A stretch of 64,000 bases of DNA from Octopus vulgaris. Its lineage: Eukaryota. The notes under the pieces were generated by a model. That model had not been told where the DNA came from. It ran no database searches and saw nothing but the letters and a program-made list of their open reading frames with translations. The position numbers were made by a program, and so were the translations under genes. The stretch spans positions 52,266,001 to 52,330,000 of the forward strand of contig OX597821.1 in the NCBI GenBank assembly GCA_951406725.2, written 5' to 3'. Within the stretch, counting starts at the first letter, position 1. Each line of letters starts with the position of its first letter. Of the stretch, positions 28,665 to 41,318 are shown piece after piece.

Positions 28665-29539
28665 CTGTGTGTGTGTTTGTTTAATATGAGAAGATCGATT
28701 GAACGCGCTTTGTTACAAATCACTACAGTCGTTTTAATGCATCATTGTCAGTTGCTAATTGATGGACGTTTCGTGTATGCAACATTGCATTAATATGTTT
28801 CAACAATAACTGTATACAGGCACATCGTCGAGCGACCAGAGTTATGGCACTGTTATATCATCTTTCGTTTCTCCACATTTAATCCCTATACCGAAATACT
28901 TCTTCTAAGCGTAGGAACTAGGAAATACAGAGGTAAAAAAAGAGGTAAAAAAAGCGGAACAAGGAAATACAAAATAGTGCACAAAAAGAAAAAAACAAGA
29001 ATTAAAGGGACATAAAAACAAAGAGCGAAGAATCTTCATATTCATTCAATCTTTAACCATTGAGTTATCTAGAATTTCGGAAATAAAAAAGAACATCTAA
29101 AGATAAGAATGTCATAAACGGGTAACATTTAACATTTCCACTTCTCTTGTGTCTATTACCATCCCCCTTCAAAAGAAACCAGTGACATGTGCTGACTTCC
29201 TTAGCGGATACCTTCAACTTTCAACTCTCACCTTACAGATTTCATTTTAGATATATAATATCATCACCACAATCTTTATCTGTTACTTTTCAGGCCATTA
29301 AGAGAGGCTATTACAATAATAAATTTGCACACACACACACGCACGCACGCACACAATATACATATTTGAACTGTTAACACGTTTTTCATTTATACACATC
29401 ATTGCTTAGCACTGCATACATACATTATATACGTACATATATACTCACACACACACATCTAAGATCATTGATCAAAACGAAACATTTTTGCTAATCGGAG
29501 GTCAGTAAATCATGAAGACTTTTTTTTTTTTACATAAAA

Positions 29540-30330
29540 CTTCTAAAACATTCATTGCACCACTAAACAAAACGTCTAGTTTATCTTGTACAGACTGAAT
29601 AATTCAAAAAGATCTGTTCCTTCAATTTGTGCTATACAAATCAAATTATTCAGTATTTTGTCATGCAACAGATTTCTTCACATTCCATTGAAATACTTGT
29701 TTGATCGCTACTGTATTCGTTAATGAATTCACAAATATATCTTCAATAGGTATTTTCTGTTATTAGTAAGATATAATACATATAACTCATATTAGAAGTT
29801 GTTTCTAAAAATATTAGTAAATTCATAAACCAACGTCTTATTACAAAGATTCATTTGGAATATCTGGAACAATGACATTATCTGATATAAAACTTGAAGT
29901 TCTTTCTCACAGCTGGAGTAGAGGAATATTAGGTTTTCTGTCTACAGTTTTATTTATAAATATATAAACTTGTACTGTGTACTGTGCACAGCGACCTCTA
30001 AAACGATGATATTCATATTTATTGTTAGTACTTTCCGGTAAATACAAATGCAAAATATGTTGGTAGCTTCTCTCTTTGACGTACGCAAGAGTGAGCATGA
30101 AAAACGTCGTTTCAGATCTCACTGTACTTCGTGCTAGTAACAATCTCTTATCGGTTGGCAGATATATATATATATACTGATCAACAAAAAAATTTTGTTC
30201 GCTGAAATTAAAAAAGAAAACCAGTTCATAATGTTCCGTGTTACTCTGACTGACGAGGCACAACATATTCGAAACATCGGTGTCCCAGAATCCAGTGTGC
30301 CAATAAGCTGAATGTGTTATGGACATACTG
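29540..30330 (-). pseudogene. Highly decayed piggyBac-like transposase
   Basis: FRGRC..Y...NK (~29950-30005) and downstream YSVQDKTRR (~29570-29605) match piggyBac FRGRCxFxxYIPNKP and YSxxRRTRRWP in order. Confidence 0.45.
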
Positions 30331-31188
30331 AAGTTGTAAAAGAGAAAAAGTTGTTCTGTTTTTGAATCTGCCGAACTGTTCTAAGAATAAATATGTACTT
30401 CATCGGTACTTCATTTATAAACCAGTTCCAAATCAGAAATATCTCTTTGATATCAAATTTATCAACAGTGATGAAATTATTAAAAAAACGTATACTTCCT
30501 TTTAATTAAAAGATGTCATATATAACGTAGTGTCGATTGCAGTTTTTGGAATATTAGAGTAATTTAGTTAAATTGTAACAAAAACGAACAAGATGATTCC
30601 CCAGCAAAAAGAAAACACTTAATCAATAAATTTAGTCTTAACATGCCATAGCAAGGAGAATCCAATTGCCCGTTACTAATACAATATAATACTGCTTATT
30701 ACGGGCTATAGATTCAAACATCAATAACAAGACAACAGACGTTTGAAAATAGTGACAGAAACTATTGGCACGATAGTGTAATTGTGTATATCATAATCTT
30801 ATATAATATATGTTGAAATCATATGATCGCAGACATATGGTTTCAAAATACCTCCGATGAAAGGATAAATAAAATATTCAAGAACAAAAAAAAAATTCAC
30901 TTAAAATTTTACTTTCAGGATTTCGATTTTTGTAATTTATGAATTTGAATAATCAATGACAGCTGCACATGACGTTGAGCATTAGCACCGAAGAACAAAA
31001 CATTATATAAATAATAATAATAATGTGTATATATATATATATATAGTTCGAATTTACAGAAAGCAAAATCCGTACAGAGGTGAAGAAACATCAAGCAAGT
31101 GTATTAGTTTAATGGACGAGAATATTGAAATCTATTTCTCAGTGGATGGAATACGTTTTTGTTGATCTTACCCTAACGGAAGAGTAAA

Positions 31189-31224
<36 letters not shown>

Positions 31225-31267
31225 ATTTATCTGTAAATGTAATATGTGACAATTATTCGGTAGCCAT

Positions 31268-31328
31268 GATAAAACTCCGAGTTTCGGATGCCGAGGTGGA
31301 AATCCACGCCGCCATCTCTTCAGTTATC
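31268..31328 (-). ncRNA. Type I hammerhead ribozyme (antisense arm)
   Basis: Reverse complement of the 31604-31664 motif. Confidence 0.7.
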
Positions 31329-31603
31329 CGGCCATCGGAAAAATGCTATGAAAAATAACCGTTATACAAAGGGAAATTACTGTGTGATTGACCGTTATTA
31401 AGACAAAAGAGCTATTCGAATGACCGCTAAGTAAGGGGGCAAAAAGTTCATAGTATTCGCGTAAGCGCGCCTGTTCATACCTCCTTATTTTACTCCCTTA
31501 CTTAGCGGTCATTCGAATAGCTCTTCTGTCTTAATAACGGTCAATCACACAGTAATTTCCCTTTGTATAACGATCATTTTTCATAGCGTTTTTCCGATGG
31601 CCG

Positions 31604-31664
31604 GATAACTGAAGAGATGGCAGCGTGGATTTCCACCTCGGCATCCGAAACTCGGAGTTTTATC
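31604..31664 (+). ncRNA. Type I hammerhead ribozyme
   Basis: Stem I GATAA/TTATC, CTGAAGA, long stem II (GATG...CATC with inner GTGGA/TCCAC), GAAA, stem III CTC-G-GAG, GUU cleavage triplet. Confidence 0.75.
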
Positions 31665-31767
31665 ATGGCTACCGAAAAATTGTCACATATTACATTTACA
31701 GAAAAATACCTCTATTTCCATAATATCGAGGTCTCATTCTTTTGTTGTCTTACCGTTTTTATCAATG

Positions 31768-31812
<45 letters not shown>

Positions 31813-31814
<2 letters not shown>

Positions 31815-32175
31815 AGGCGAAATGGTGCAGTGATTAGGGTAGCGGATTCACGGTCGTGGCATCGCGGTTTCGATTCCTAGAACGGGCGTTGTGAGTGTTT
31901 ATTAAATGAATACACCTAAAGCTCCAAGAGGCTCCGGCAGTACACTTTCATCCCTGCTGTACGCTTTCATCACAACTTTCTCTCACTCTTTGTTTCTCTT
32001 GTACCTGCATTTCGAACCTTGTCAAACACTGTGTCACGCTGAATCTCCCCGAGAACTACGTTAAGGGTACACGTGTCTGTGGTGTGCTCAGCCACTTACA
32101 CGTTAAGTTCACGAGTAGTCTGTTCCGTTGATCGGTTCGACCGGAACCCTCGTCGTCGTAACCGACGGAGTGCCA

Positions 32176-32177
<2 letters not shown>
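31813..32177 (+). mobile_element. tRNA-derived SINE (S3 head) with a different 3' body
   Basis: Head and ACAACTTTCTCTCACTCTTT block shared with 15639-15928, then a distinct body ending GTCGTAACCGACGGAGTGCCAC. Confidence 0.75.
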
Positions 32178-32231
<54 letters not shown>

Positions 32232-32252
32232 GTATGTATGTATGTATGTATG

Positions 32253-32283
<31 letters not shown>

Positions 32284-32854
32284 TTGAGTCTGCCTGTGTG
32301 TCTATATCAATATAATTATTCATAGTCAAAAGCACTTACCCTCTTAATGTCCATTTTCAGTTGTCTGTTTATTGTAATATTAGTTTTGTTGATTCTTTTC
32401 AAAGCCACAATTGATCCCTGTAATAATAACATAAAAGTGATCAGCATTAATATAATATTCTACCTATTTTGACAAGAATATATAATATTGATAGATTTTT
32501 ATCACACGAGATATTGAAAAAATTACACAAATGAACATGTGGAGTAGTTTCCTGTACAACAAGTAATTATAATGCATATAGGGAAATACTGGTGAATGAT
32601 TTGTAGCACCATCTTGTTAATGTAACTTACCTGAATATTGCATTATCGGTTATCAAACGTAGATGGACCTGATGTAATTTGAGCGCACCTAAACAAGTGT
32701 GCCTCTCACTGACCTTGTTTCCTCATAACTTTCAGACAATTGATAGTTTTTAATGAAAGTTTCTTTGTTATTCATTCAGATGGTGTAAATTACGATTGTA
32801 TTAGAATTTAAAGTAAAAAAAATATAGTGGACCTGCACACATACATACTGAAAC

Positions 32855-32865
32855 ACGCACGCACG

Positions 32866-32950
<85 letters not shown>
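32855..32950. repeat. (CA)n microsatellite
   Basis: Directly visible. Confidence 0.97.
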
Positions 32951-34342
32951 GCGTTATAGCTTATGATAGATGAAACTCAAGAACAGAAACTGTCCTTACA
33001 ACCTGCTTTCACGCAGTTTCCGACCGCCCAATTTCACCCACAAGGGCAGAAATTTAACTAGTAGTCAATATCTCATGATTCCGTTTCGTTGGATCGAACT
33101 CAAATCACGAAGTTGTGAAATAATATTTTAGTCGCAAAAACATGTATGCTCAAAAAAAGGTACATTTGATATTTATTACCATACTGACCATCAACCGTTA
33201 AACCGACTGGTGTCGTAAGTGTTATAACTAGTGAACATTGTCCTCACACAAGCAACAGCATTAACAACTTTTTCGTGTTTTAAGCTTTTTCAAGCGAACA
33301 TTATTCACAATGAATCGTCATAATTTATACTACAGACATACTAATTTTATTTCTGAGGCAGCTCAATGAATTCATTTGTAATATATAGAAAACAGTGATT
33401 AACACAACTTCTATATGAGAACTCTAGGGTATTTTATTAATTTAACACAATTTAATATTAAATTCATATAATACAGCAAGTAATAAAACAATAATGTAAC
33501 AATAATAAACAATAATGTAACACCTATTTTTGTTTATTCATGTGAAACTCAACATTTGTAATCGGCAATAAAATAATGGTCCTTGTATTGGAACGGAACG
33601 AAATATTCATAGACATTTCGTTTACAACCTCACCGAAAATGATCCTAAGAGTATAAGACTGGAGCTATTTAATTCTGTGAATAATTAGAAACTTGTTAGA
33701 GGAAAGGAATAATCATTATAGAAAAATGAATTGTCTGATATTAAAACATTTTCAATTAAATTAAATTTCAGAGGAAAAAAAGAATCTTTATTGCTATTGT
33801 ATTAATTTTTTTCAGAATTTGAAAGTTTTACTAGAGGCTATTGTTGCTCGAAAATAAAGTATAAGTAAATGGATCTTCATCGGTTTCAAAGATGAGTTTT
33901 CCCATTCTTCAACCAAATGAAATATCTACTCACTGAGCAAGCGTGTAAGTTACTTTATACGTTTAACATAATCCTCGGGTTAAATCACCTCGAAACATTG
34001 TATAACAAGGATGTAACAGTTATGATCCATTCGACAGGTTTACACACTTTCTGTCAATTAACTGTTACTCAGTCCGCTTGGGTCCATCCGAAACTATAGA
34101 AAAGTGCACGGAAAGCTTCGTAGTTAAATCGAACCCAGGATATGACGATTGTGAATCGAAAGTGTTAACCAGTGAGCCAAATCTATATCTATCTTTCCTA
34201 AATGCATTCTTTTTTCACTCTTGCCCTCACTCCGTCTCTGTCACACACAAACACATATTCATTGGATTGCAATTATTTGGCAATCATACCACAAAATTCC
34301 TTCGCATTTGTGAAGTGTTCTTCTAATAAATCCCTCAGCTAT

Positions 34343-34555
34343 GGGGGAGAGCTGGCAGAAACATTAAGGACGCCAGGCGAAATGCTTAGCAGTATTTTGT
34401 CTTTCTTTACGTTCTGAGTTCAAATTCCGCCGAGGTCGTCTTTGCCTTTCATCCTTTCTGGGTTTATAAATTAAGTACCAGTTGCGTACTGGGATCGGTC
34501 TAATCGACTGGCCCCCTCTCCAAAAAGTTCGGGCCTTGTGCCTAGAGCAGAAACA
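34343..34555 (+). mobile_element. SINE S2, full length, with TSD
   Basis: Head GAGCTGGCAGAAAC..., B-box-like GAGTTCAAATTCC. 18-bp TSD AATAAATCCCTCAGCTAT (34325-34342) / AATAAACCTCTTAGCTAT (34556-34573), 3 mismatches. Confidence 0.85.
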
Positions 34556-37254
34556 AATAAACCTCTTAGCTATCAGTTACCATGCGCGTATTTATTATGT
34601 AAAAATAATGGAATCAATGAATTTGGTTCTGGATCCATATGGGTAGACCGTAGCAGAAAGATCATCTACTTTGTATTTAGTTTGTTAATGAATTAAGACA
34701 TCTCAGTCCCACCACATATTTAGTTGGTGTAATCAGATTGGTGAGGATCGAATTTACTGTCTGACACTTTGTTAGATCTGGTTTTGACTTTACCCAAATG
34801 ACCAAGAATAGAATGATATATAATCATAATTATGTCTACAAGGTCAACTGACCTGAAAGAAATAGCACCTCTATTTTTATACACCCTCTAATGAAATCAA
34901 ACTATCCTCTAAAAATAAAAATATGATAATAAAAGGTACACTTGATAATATGGTCTGAAGTCAAGACAAGATGACCATTACAACAGTAGGAGCTTTATTG
35001 CAAACCTATCAGTGAAACAACAACAGCAACAAAGACAGTTGCAAATATCTCCTTAACAATCAAAACCAATGTACAATATTTCCCTCCAGCGCTACCAACA
35101 ATGCTAATGATCGTCCCTAGCTGTAATTAGTAGGACTGCTGTATAATGAGTAAACACATCATTACGTCTAGATGCTTGGACCAAGTCTTATAATGAATCT
35201 AGATTCAGCATCAATAAATTACTGTATCTTGTCCCTCTTCATTTGTTGTTTAGACCTGGATCAGTTTTGATCAGAAGCGTTGGAAATAAAAAGAGATCTT
35301 CGTGACGGCCCCATCCTAAATTCTGACATATGTTACTTACACTTGCCTTATCCCTATGTAGTTCCATTTTAAGTTAGCATGGTATAAATTGAGGGAGATT
35401 AGACTGCAATTCCTAATAGAGTGACAATACAGAGGTTCATTTGTTGCATTGTTCTTTTTCCGTGTTCTTCTGATTAAAGGATTATTACGATCACTATTAA
35501 GGGGAGTTTTGTTTCAGGATCAAACAGCTAACCTGTTATCATATAATAGCCATGTAGAATATCGGTAGTAGTTTGTCTTGTAAACTTAATCGTTTCTATC
35601 ATAAGAGAACATGTATTCTTTCTTTCTAAACCCTGTAGAAATTTTTCAGCAATTGTAATTTCGGGAACACATTTGCATATTAATGTCACATCTTAGAGGC
35701 ACATAACTATAAGTAAAGATTCTCTGTTGCATATTATAGAGTCCAAAAATCCCATCAGCAACAACCTGACCCCAATTTAGAATCTATTTGTTTATGGTGT
35801 TTTTAGATTCTCATTCGCAAGAAAGTAATAATGTTCACAAATAGGTAGAAAATAGGAATGAAATTGTAAGTAGTTTTGTAGATGATTTTTTCTCCCTCAT
35901 GCAAATTTCATTCCAAACAAAATATCAGCAATAGTGGGTGCACACAAAATTGACTGTAATTTCTGGCTCAGAGGAACAAGAAGGAAGAGTGTATCATGAA
36001 TAAATGAAAGTAATTGGAATTATGAATCTAATTTCTATCTAACGTCAAAATGTTAGGAAAAATATACGTTTGTTGTTGATCGATGGAATATACGTTTATT
36101 GTTGATGTAAAAACTTTGAACGATCGATGATGACAGATAGAAAATAGAGTGCATATATTTGTTTAAACATCTTCACTCTAAACAGTAAGAAGTATATGAA
36201 GCATCAGGCGGTTGCAATTACGATAGCATCAACGATAATACGATATGTCCTCATTCAAAGTGATAAATAGATCGTTGACCGACGATATGGTTCATAAAAT
36301 ATTCACAATGGAATTGGAGATCAGAAGGCCAATAAATCGATGTGGTATATTGATATATTAGTGGAGAAATGAGCGGCTGAATGAAAGTTGGCATTGATGA
36401 AGGAGCGAATGATTACGGAAGATAAAGAAAAGAATGAGAGAATCAATTCGAAATATGTAAATATATTTCTTTCGCTCTGAAGAAATATCCACCGATGGTC
36501 AAACTATAAGAGGGAATATAATATCGGCAATTATCCGACGCCAAATACCAATTTTTTTGGTAACAGAAAATGCATTCCATAGAAACTAGTTTAAGCTGAT
36601 GAAGATTGAACAAAAGGACCTCGTTAAAAATTGAGCAATCATCACAATGTATTGATTATATAATTTTATGTGCTTAATTTATAAAACGAAATGTAGTCCT
36701 CGTTCATTATTGGTTTCGTAGACGGAAGTTGTTATGTTCATGGTCTTTCATAGGCCCACATAGAATGGTGTGATGCATCCAACGTAGAGAAAAATAGTTG
36801 AAATATCACTATTTCCACCCTATTTATAGAGTATCATAGAAATGAAACGGTTATCGTCTTCTAGCTGATATCAGATATGGTTCTACACATTTATGAAATG
36901 AAACTAATAGAGTGAATATAATTATTTAACTGCATGGCGACTCATGAAATTTATCAATATAGTTATCTAGATAGATGCTTGGCGAAATTGGAATATAGAC
37001 GTAATGTCTGACAGCTAGCGAGATAAATATGAAGAAATGTAAAAAAAGAAAGGGAAAATGAGTGAATGTAAATCCACCGAATTTTAATATACTGAGTTCG
37101 AAATATTGGAAACTGAACTGATTGATAGATTTTACTTGATAAACATACTGAATATCAAAGTTAAGTAAATAGTTGGCCTACAAAATTGCTATGCGCTGGT
37201 CCATCTAGTTATCTATTGATTCTCTCTCCCACCCTTTCTATATATATATAATTT

Positions 37255-37590
37255 TTTTCTTGGTTCAGTCACTGGACCACGATCATGCTGGGCCACCGTC
37301 TCTAGTACTTATCATTTTTGAAAACCTCATGCTTATTTTATCGGGCGCTTTTGCCGAACCTCTGTTATACGGGGACATAAACGAATCTACATAGGTTGTC
37401 AAGTGGTGGAGGACAAACTCAAACATACATTACTTACCCCTTCCCATTAGGGGTGGGGGTGCGGGTAAGAAAATCTGAGAAAGGCTGAAAGGATAAGTTC
37501 AACTCAGTGGAATTTGAACTCAGTACTTAAAGAGCAAATGCAGGTAAGCATTTCATTTGACGCGCTAACAGTTCTGCTTACTCACCGTTT
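37255..37590 (-). mobile_element. Degenerate S1 body followed by S2 fragment
   Basis: TTTTGCCGAACC...GGGGACATAAAC (S1) and GGAATTTGAACTCAG (S2). Confidence 0.6.
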
Positions 37591-38700
37591 TGCTGTTGTG
37601 TCTAATAAGCAAGCTACTTAGTTTTCAGCGTATAAGTTTAGCGATTTGGTTTTGATTCCAAATTTAATAACTTCAATATAGAGTAAAGTTAGCATAAAAT
37701 CAATTTTATGAAAACACCGTAAATAGTTTCTGCTGTTACAAGGCTACTGCTGTGTTGTAAATACTAAAATTTAATTAAAATCAGTTAAATTTTGTGGCAA
37801 TTCAGGGCTACTATCTTCCTCTATCGTAGCACATTCAGAATGTTATCTAGAATTAATCAGCATTTCTTTTTTAGATAATCAACAATGTGTTCAATGTTAT
37901 AGAATTTATCCTAACCTAAAGTAATCCAATTTAGTACCTGAAGTATGAAATGACTTCCAGAGAACAAAGCTTTTCCGAGAATCTGATTTCTGTTACCTAA
38001 AATTTCCTATTATTAAAATTTTGCTATATCCGTGCTTTCAATGAAAATCCTAGCTTTGACCTATTGGTGATCCGCAGGCATCTTCATGTTCAATTGATTA
38101 ATTTCATTAAGTGCGCTTCGATTTGTGGCAAGCAGAATGGACAGTACATTTAAATCGACACGCATTGATTTTTAAGTAGTTCATCGACCAAAACTGGAAA
38201 GATTAAAGTTAATTTTGGCATCATTTGAACTAAGGATGCGATGGGTTTTAATTAAAAACTGCAAGGCATTTTCTCTGAAGCTCTCATGATTCTTCCATTT
38301 TACAAATCTATATACTTACTGTACTAATGTATAATGGTAAATTTGTATCGGAGATGGTGAACTATAGCGTCCTTGGCTACAGCCTTTTACCAACAGACCA
38401 ATAAATTCGCTGCTGCACTTTTGACAGCGCATGTCATGACTGCAACCGCAAACTCTCGGCTCTCCTAAAGAATGTTATCGTTTTGCTGATATTGAGATCC
38501 TTCTTAAATATACTGACATACATTTGTGGCATGTTATATATATATATATACAATAGCAAATCGTTTATTACTCGGTAGTTTACTGGTAAAGCACGTTCAG
38601 TTTCATAGTATTTGTTGTGTATTTGTGAGGGATCGATGCTTGATGGGTCGAAACAATAGTAGTGATTAATAAAAATTCCCGTATCTTCTATCTCATTAAC

Positions 38701-38745
<45 letters not shown>

Positions 38746-38746
38746 C

Positions 38747-38783
<37 letters not shown>

Positions 38784-39436
38784 ACATGTACATGTGTATC
38801 GTGATTTTTCACAGTTGCCTCCTGCCAAATACGACGTGCAAGTTATTTTGTCAATCCTAACTTGCAGTATCTAATCATACAGTGGAGTTGAAACCAAAAC
38901 CAAGCGGTTGAGAAGTGAACTTTTAATCACACTATCATTAATCTTTTTCTTATTTTAAAGGGAGGGAAGGGTAATCACAGGGCCTCAGAGAGATATGATC
39001 CTCAAACTGGTGACCTGATTCAAATGATTTTAATAGAGTGTGTTCCACTAACAGAAGCAAAGAAGCAAGAAAGTAGTGTTAATATGGGTGGTGGATTAAA
39101 TCTATCAGTCAAGAATTCCATTACAGAATTTGAACAATTTTCCAGTGGAATTCGATCCGAGATTCTTATATTTATACTTATCCACCGACTTGCATTGGTG
39201 CTTATTTCATCAAACTCGGAGTGAGAAAAATGTTCACTCAACATAAACCGATAACTAGGAAGACGATTACGCCCCCAAACAAAAATTCCCACTGAACCAA
39301 AAAAAAAAAACAAACAGAATCCTACCTTACAATGGAGCTTCAAAACGTTTCAATTCGATACGGCTTCAATAGCATGTCTCACCGCTTCAGTGCCAAACAC
39401 AACACTGACTCGGACATGCGCAGTAGCAAGCTACTT

Positions 39437-41282
39437 TATTTCATAAAATTTCACCATTAAGGCGTTACATAAAGGGGACATACAAGGACAGACAAACATA
39501 TAGGGTGAAGTAGCTTAAAACGTTTTAGTATTTACAATATAATGGGTGCAGTATTTACAATATAAAGTTTACAAATTTAATATTACATAGTAGGGCAAGG
39601 AACCCAGTCATCTGGGTAGAACCTTTACTTCTTGATCCGGCCACACTTACCTGGTGCCAAAAATACCCAGCCTGCAAGCCACAGGCTTCCATCTATTCAT
39701 GAACATATCTCGTGACAGACACCTCTTCTCCAGCCTGATCTGGAGGTGGTAACTAAAAAAGTTAACCAACCCCTGGCCGGATACAAAGGTACCTGTCACT
39801 ATACCTTTCGTACGCGTCTTCCATACTGTTTCTTTCAGTATGGCTACTACGCAGGATAAACAAGCCTTCCTTTCCCTACTGAAGAAAGGAGGTGGCACAA
39901 TCTCAATGATAGACTCCGCTGATAGCTGTACTCTTCCACTCACTCACAACAGTTGTTCAACAAAAGCAATCAGTCCCGATAACTCCGGGCACTCCACGAA
40001 TGCATGCAAGACGGTTTCCCTATCCTGCTCACGTCGAGGACATGTCGGCGAGACGGCACTTCCGTGCCTTGACAGCTTGTCGCGAACAGGTATCGCCATA
40101 CGGAAACACTGCCAGGCCAGGGATTTCTGGTAATTATCCATATACCTCGGCCCGAACGTTCTCCAGAACAGGTTGACCAAGTGATTTTCATCGTAGCCCA
40201 GGGTCTCCCCCAAGGCGTCTTCTGATATAATTTCCACTAACCCGCTATAGAAATCCGCGGTGGAACTCCTGTTACCGGCGTTGCCCGCCCGAGAGAGAAG
40301 GTGGAGTGCCTGACGACACTCCAAGTGCCATTTCCTCAGTTTAGGTCTCCGCTTGAGCCATGCACCGGTGTCCGTTAAGGACGTTAACTGGGGATGTTAG
40401 AACCGAACGCGCGGTAACCACACCTGCTCTTCATCCAGGTAAAGCCAGAGGTGCCTCAACCGTAACGCGAATTTTCGCATCTTCAGCCAAGGCATCCATA
40501 TCCCACCCTTTAGCGGTTTCTGGCAACAGACAGAGCGCTTTACAAGTGGCTTTCCTCCTTTCCACAAAAAGCGGAAAAGGATTCTCTCCAAACGTGTTCA
40601 TCCACAAATCGTGGCAGGGCACCACGCTTAAACGGTAGGTGATTACTGATGCTACGAACATCTGCACCACCTCCGCCCTCCCTAGCAGAAATAACGCCCG
40701 TCCAGACCAGGTCTGGGTTCGAGCTGTCACCCTGCCGGCCACCTCAATCCAATATTTCTCTATCTGGAGGTCTGAACCAATCCAGACTCCGAGCAGCTTA
40801 ACAGGACCTTCCGTCCAACACCCCACGACGTTATTGAACGGCATCGTCTTGCCCCTCCAGGTGCCGAGTTGCAAACCTACCGACTTGTCCTTGTTAACCT
40901 TTGCTCCTGCCACCGCCTCGTAGCTTTTGATGGCCTCTTCCACCACTGGAAGCTGGCCTTCATCTGCCATGATGATGGAGATGTCATCCGCGTACGCCGT
41001 AGCTCCTCTTCCACACCATATATCATGCGGTACGCCCTTCTCCAACTTTCGCAGCAAAGGCTCAAGAGCCAACACATATAGAAGCGGGGACAGGGGACAT
41101 CCCTGACGATCTGAACGCCCGATCCTGAACGGCTTCGAAAAGAAACCGGTCACCTTGACGACAGACTCGATGTCGCTATACAAAGCAGCGATCCAACCTC
41201 GAAAGGTCGGGCCCAGGCCAGCCGCCTCGAGGACCGCCGCCAAGCACCGATAGTCGACTCTATCAAATGTCTTCGACTGGTC
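39437..41282 (-). mobile_element. 5'-truncated Tx1/L1-clade LINE, family A, inserted in an S1 SINE head
   Basis: RT from DQSKTFDRVD through RQGCPLSP and YADD, C-terminal region and 3' UTR, highly similar to 54620-56496. 16-bp TSD CAGTAGCAAGCTACTT (39421-39436) / CAGTAGCAAGCAACTT (41283-41298). Confidence 0.95.
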
Positions 41283-41318
41283 CAGTAGCAAGCAACTTAC
41301 CACACAGCCACTCCTACG
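41283..41318 (-). mobile_element. S1 SINE head (A box) interrupted by LINE A
   Basis: Reverse complement reads CGTAGGAGTGGCTGTGTGGTAAGTTGCTTGCTACTG. Confidence 0.9.

Larger units (their letters stand above)
31230..31702. mobile_element. PLE-like unit with ~215-bp inverted arms
   Basis: 31230-31444 versus 31488-31702, few mismatches, (TA)n on both sides, hammerhead in each arm. Confidence 0.85.
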
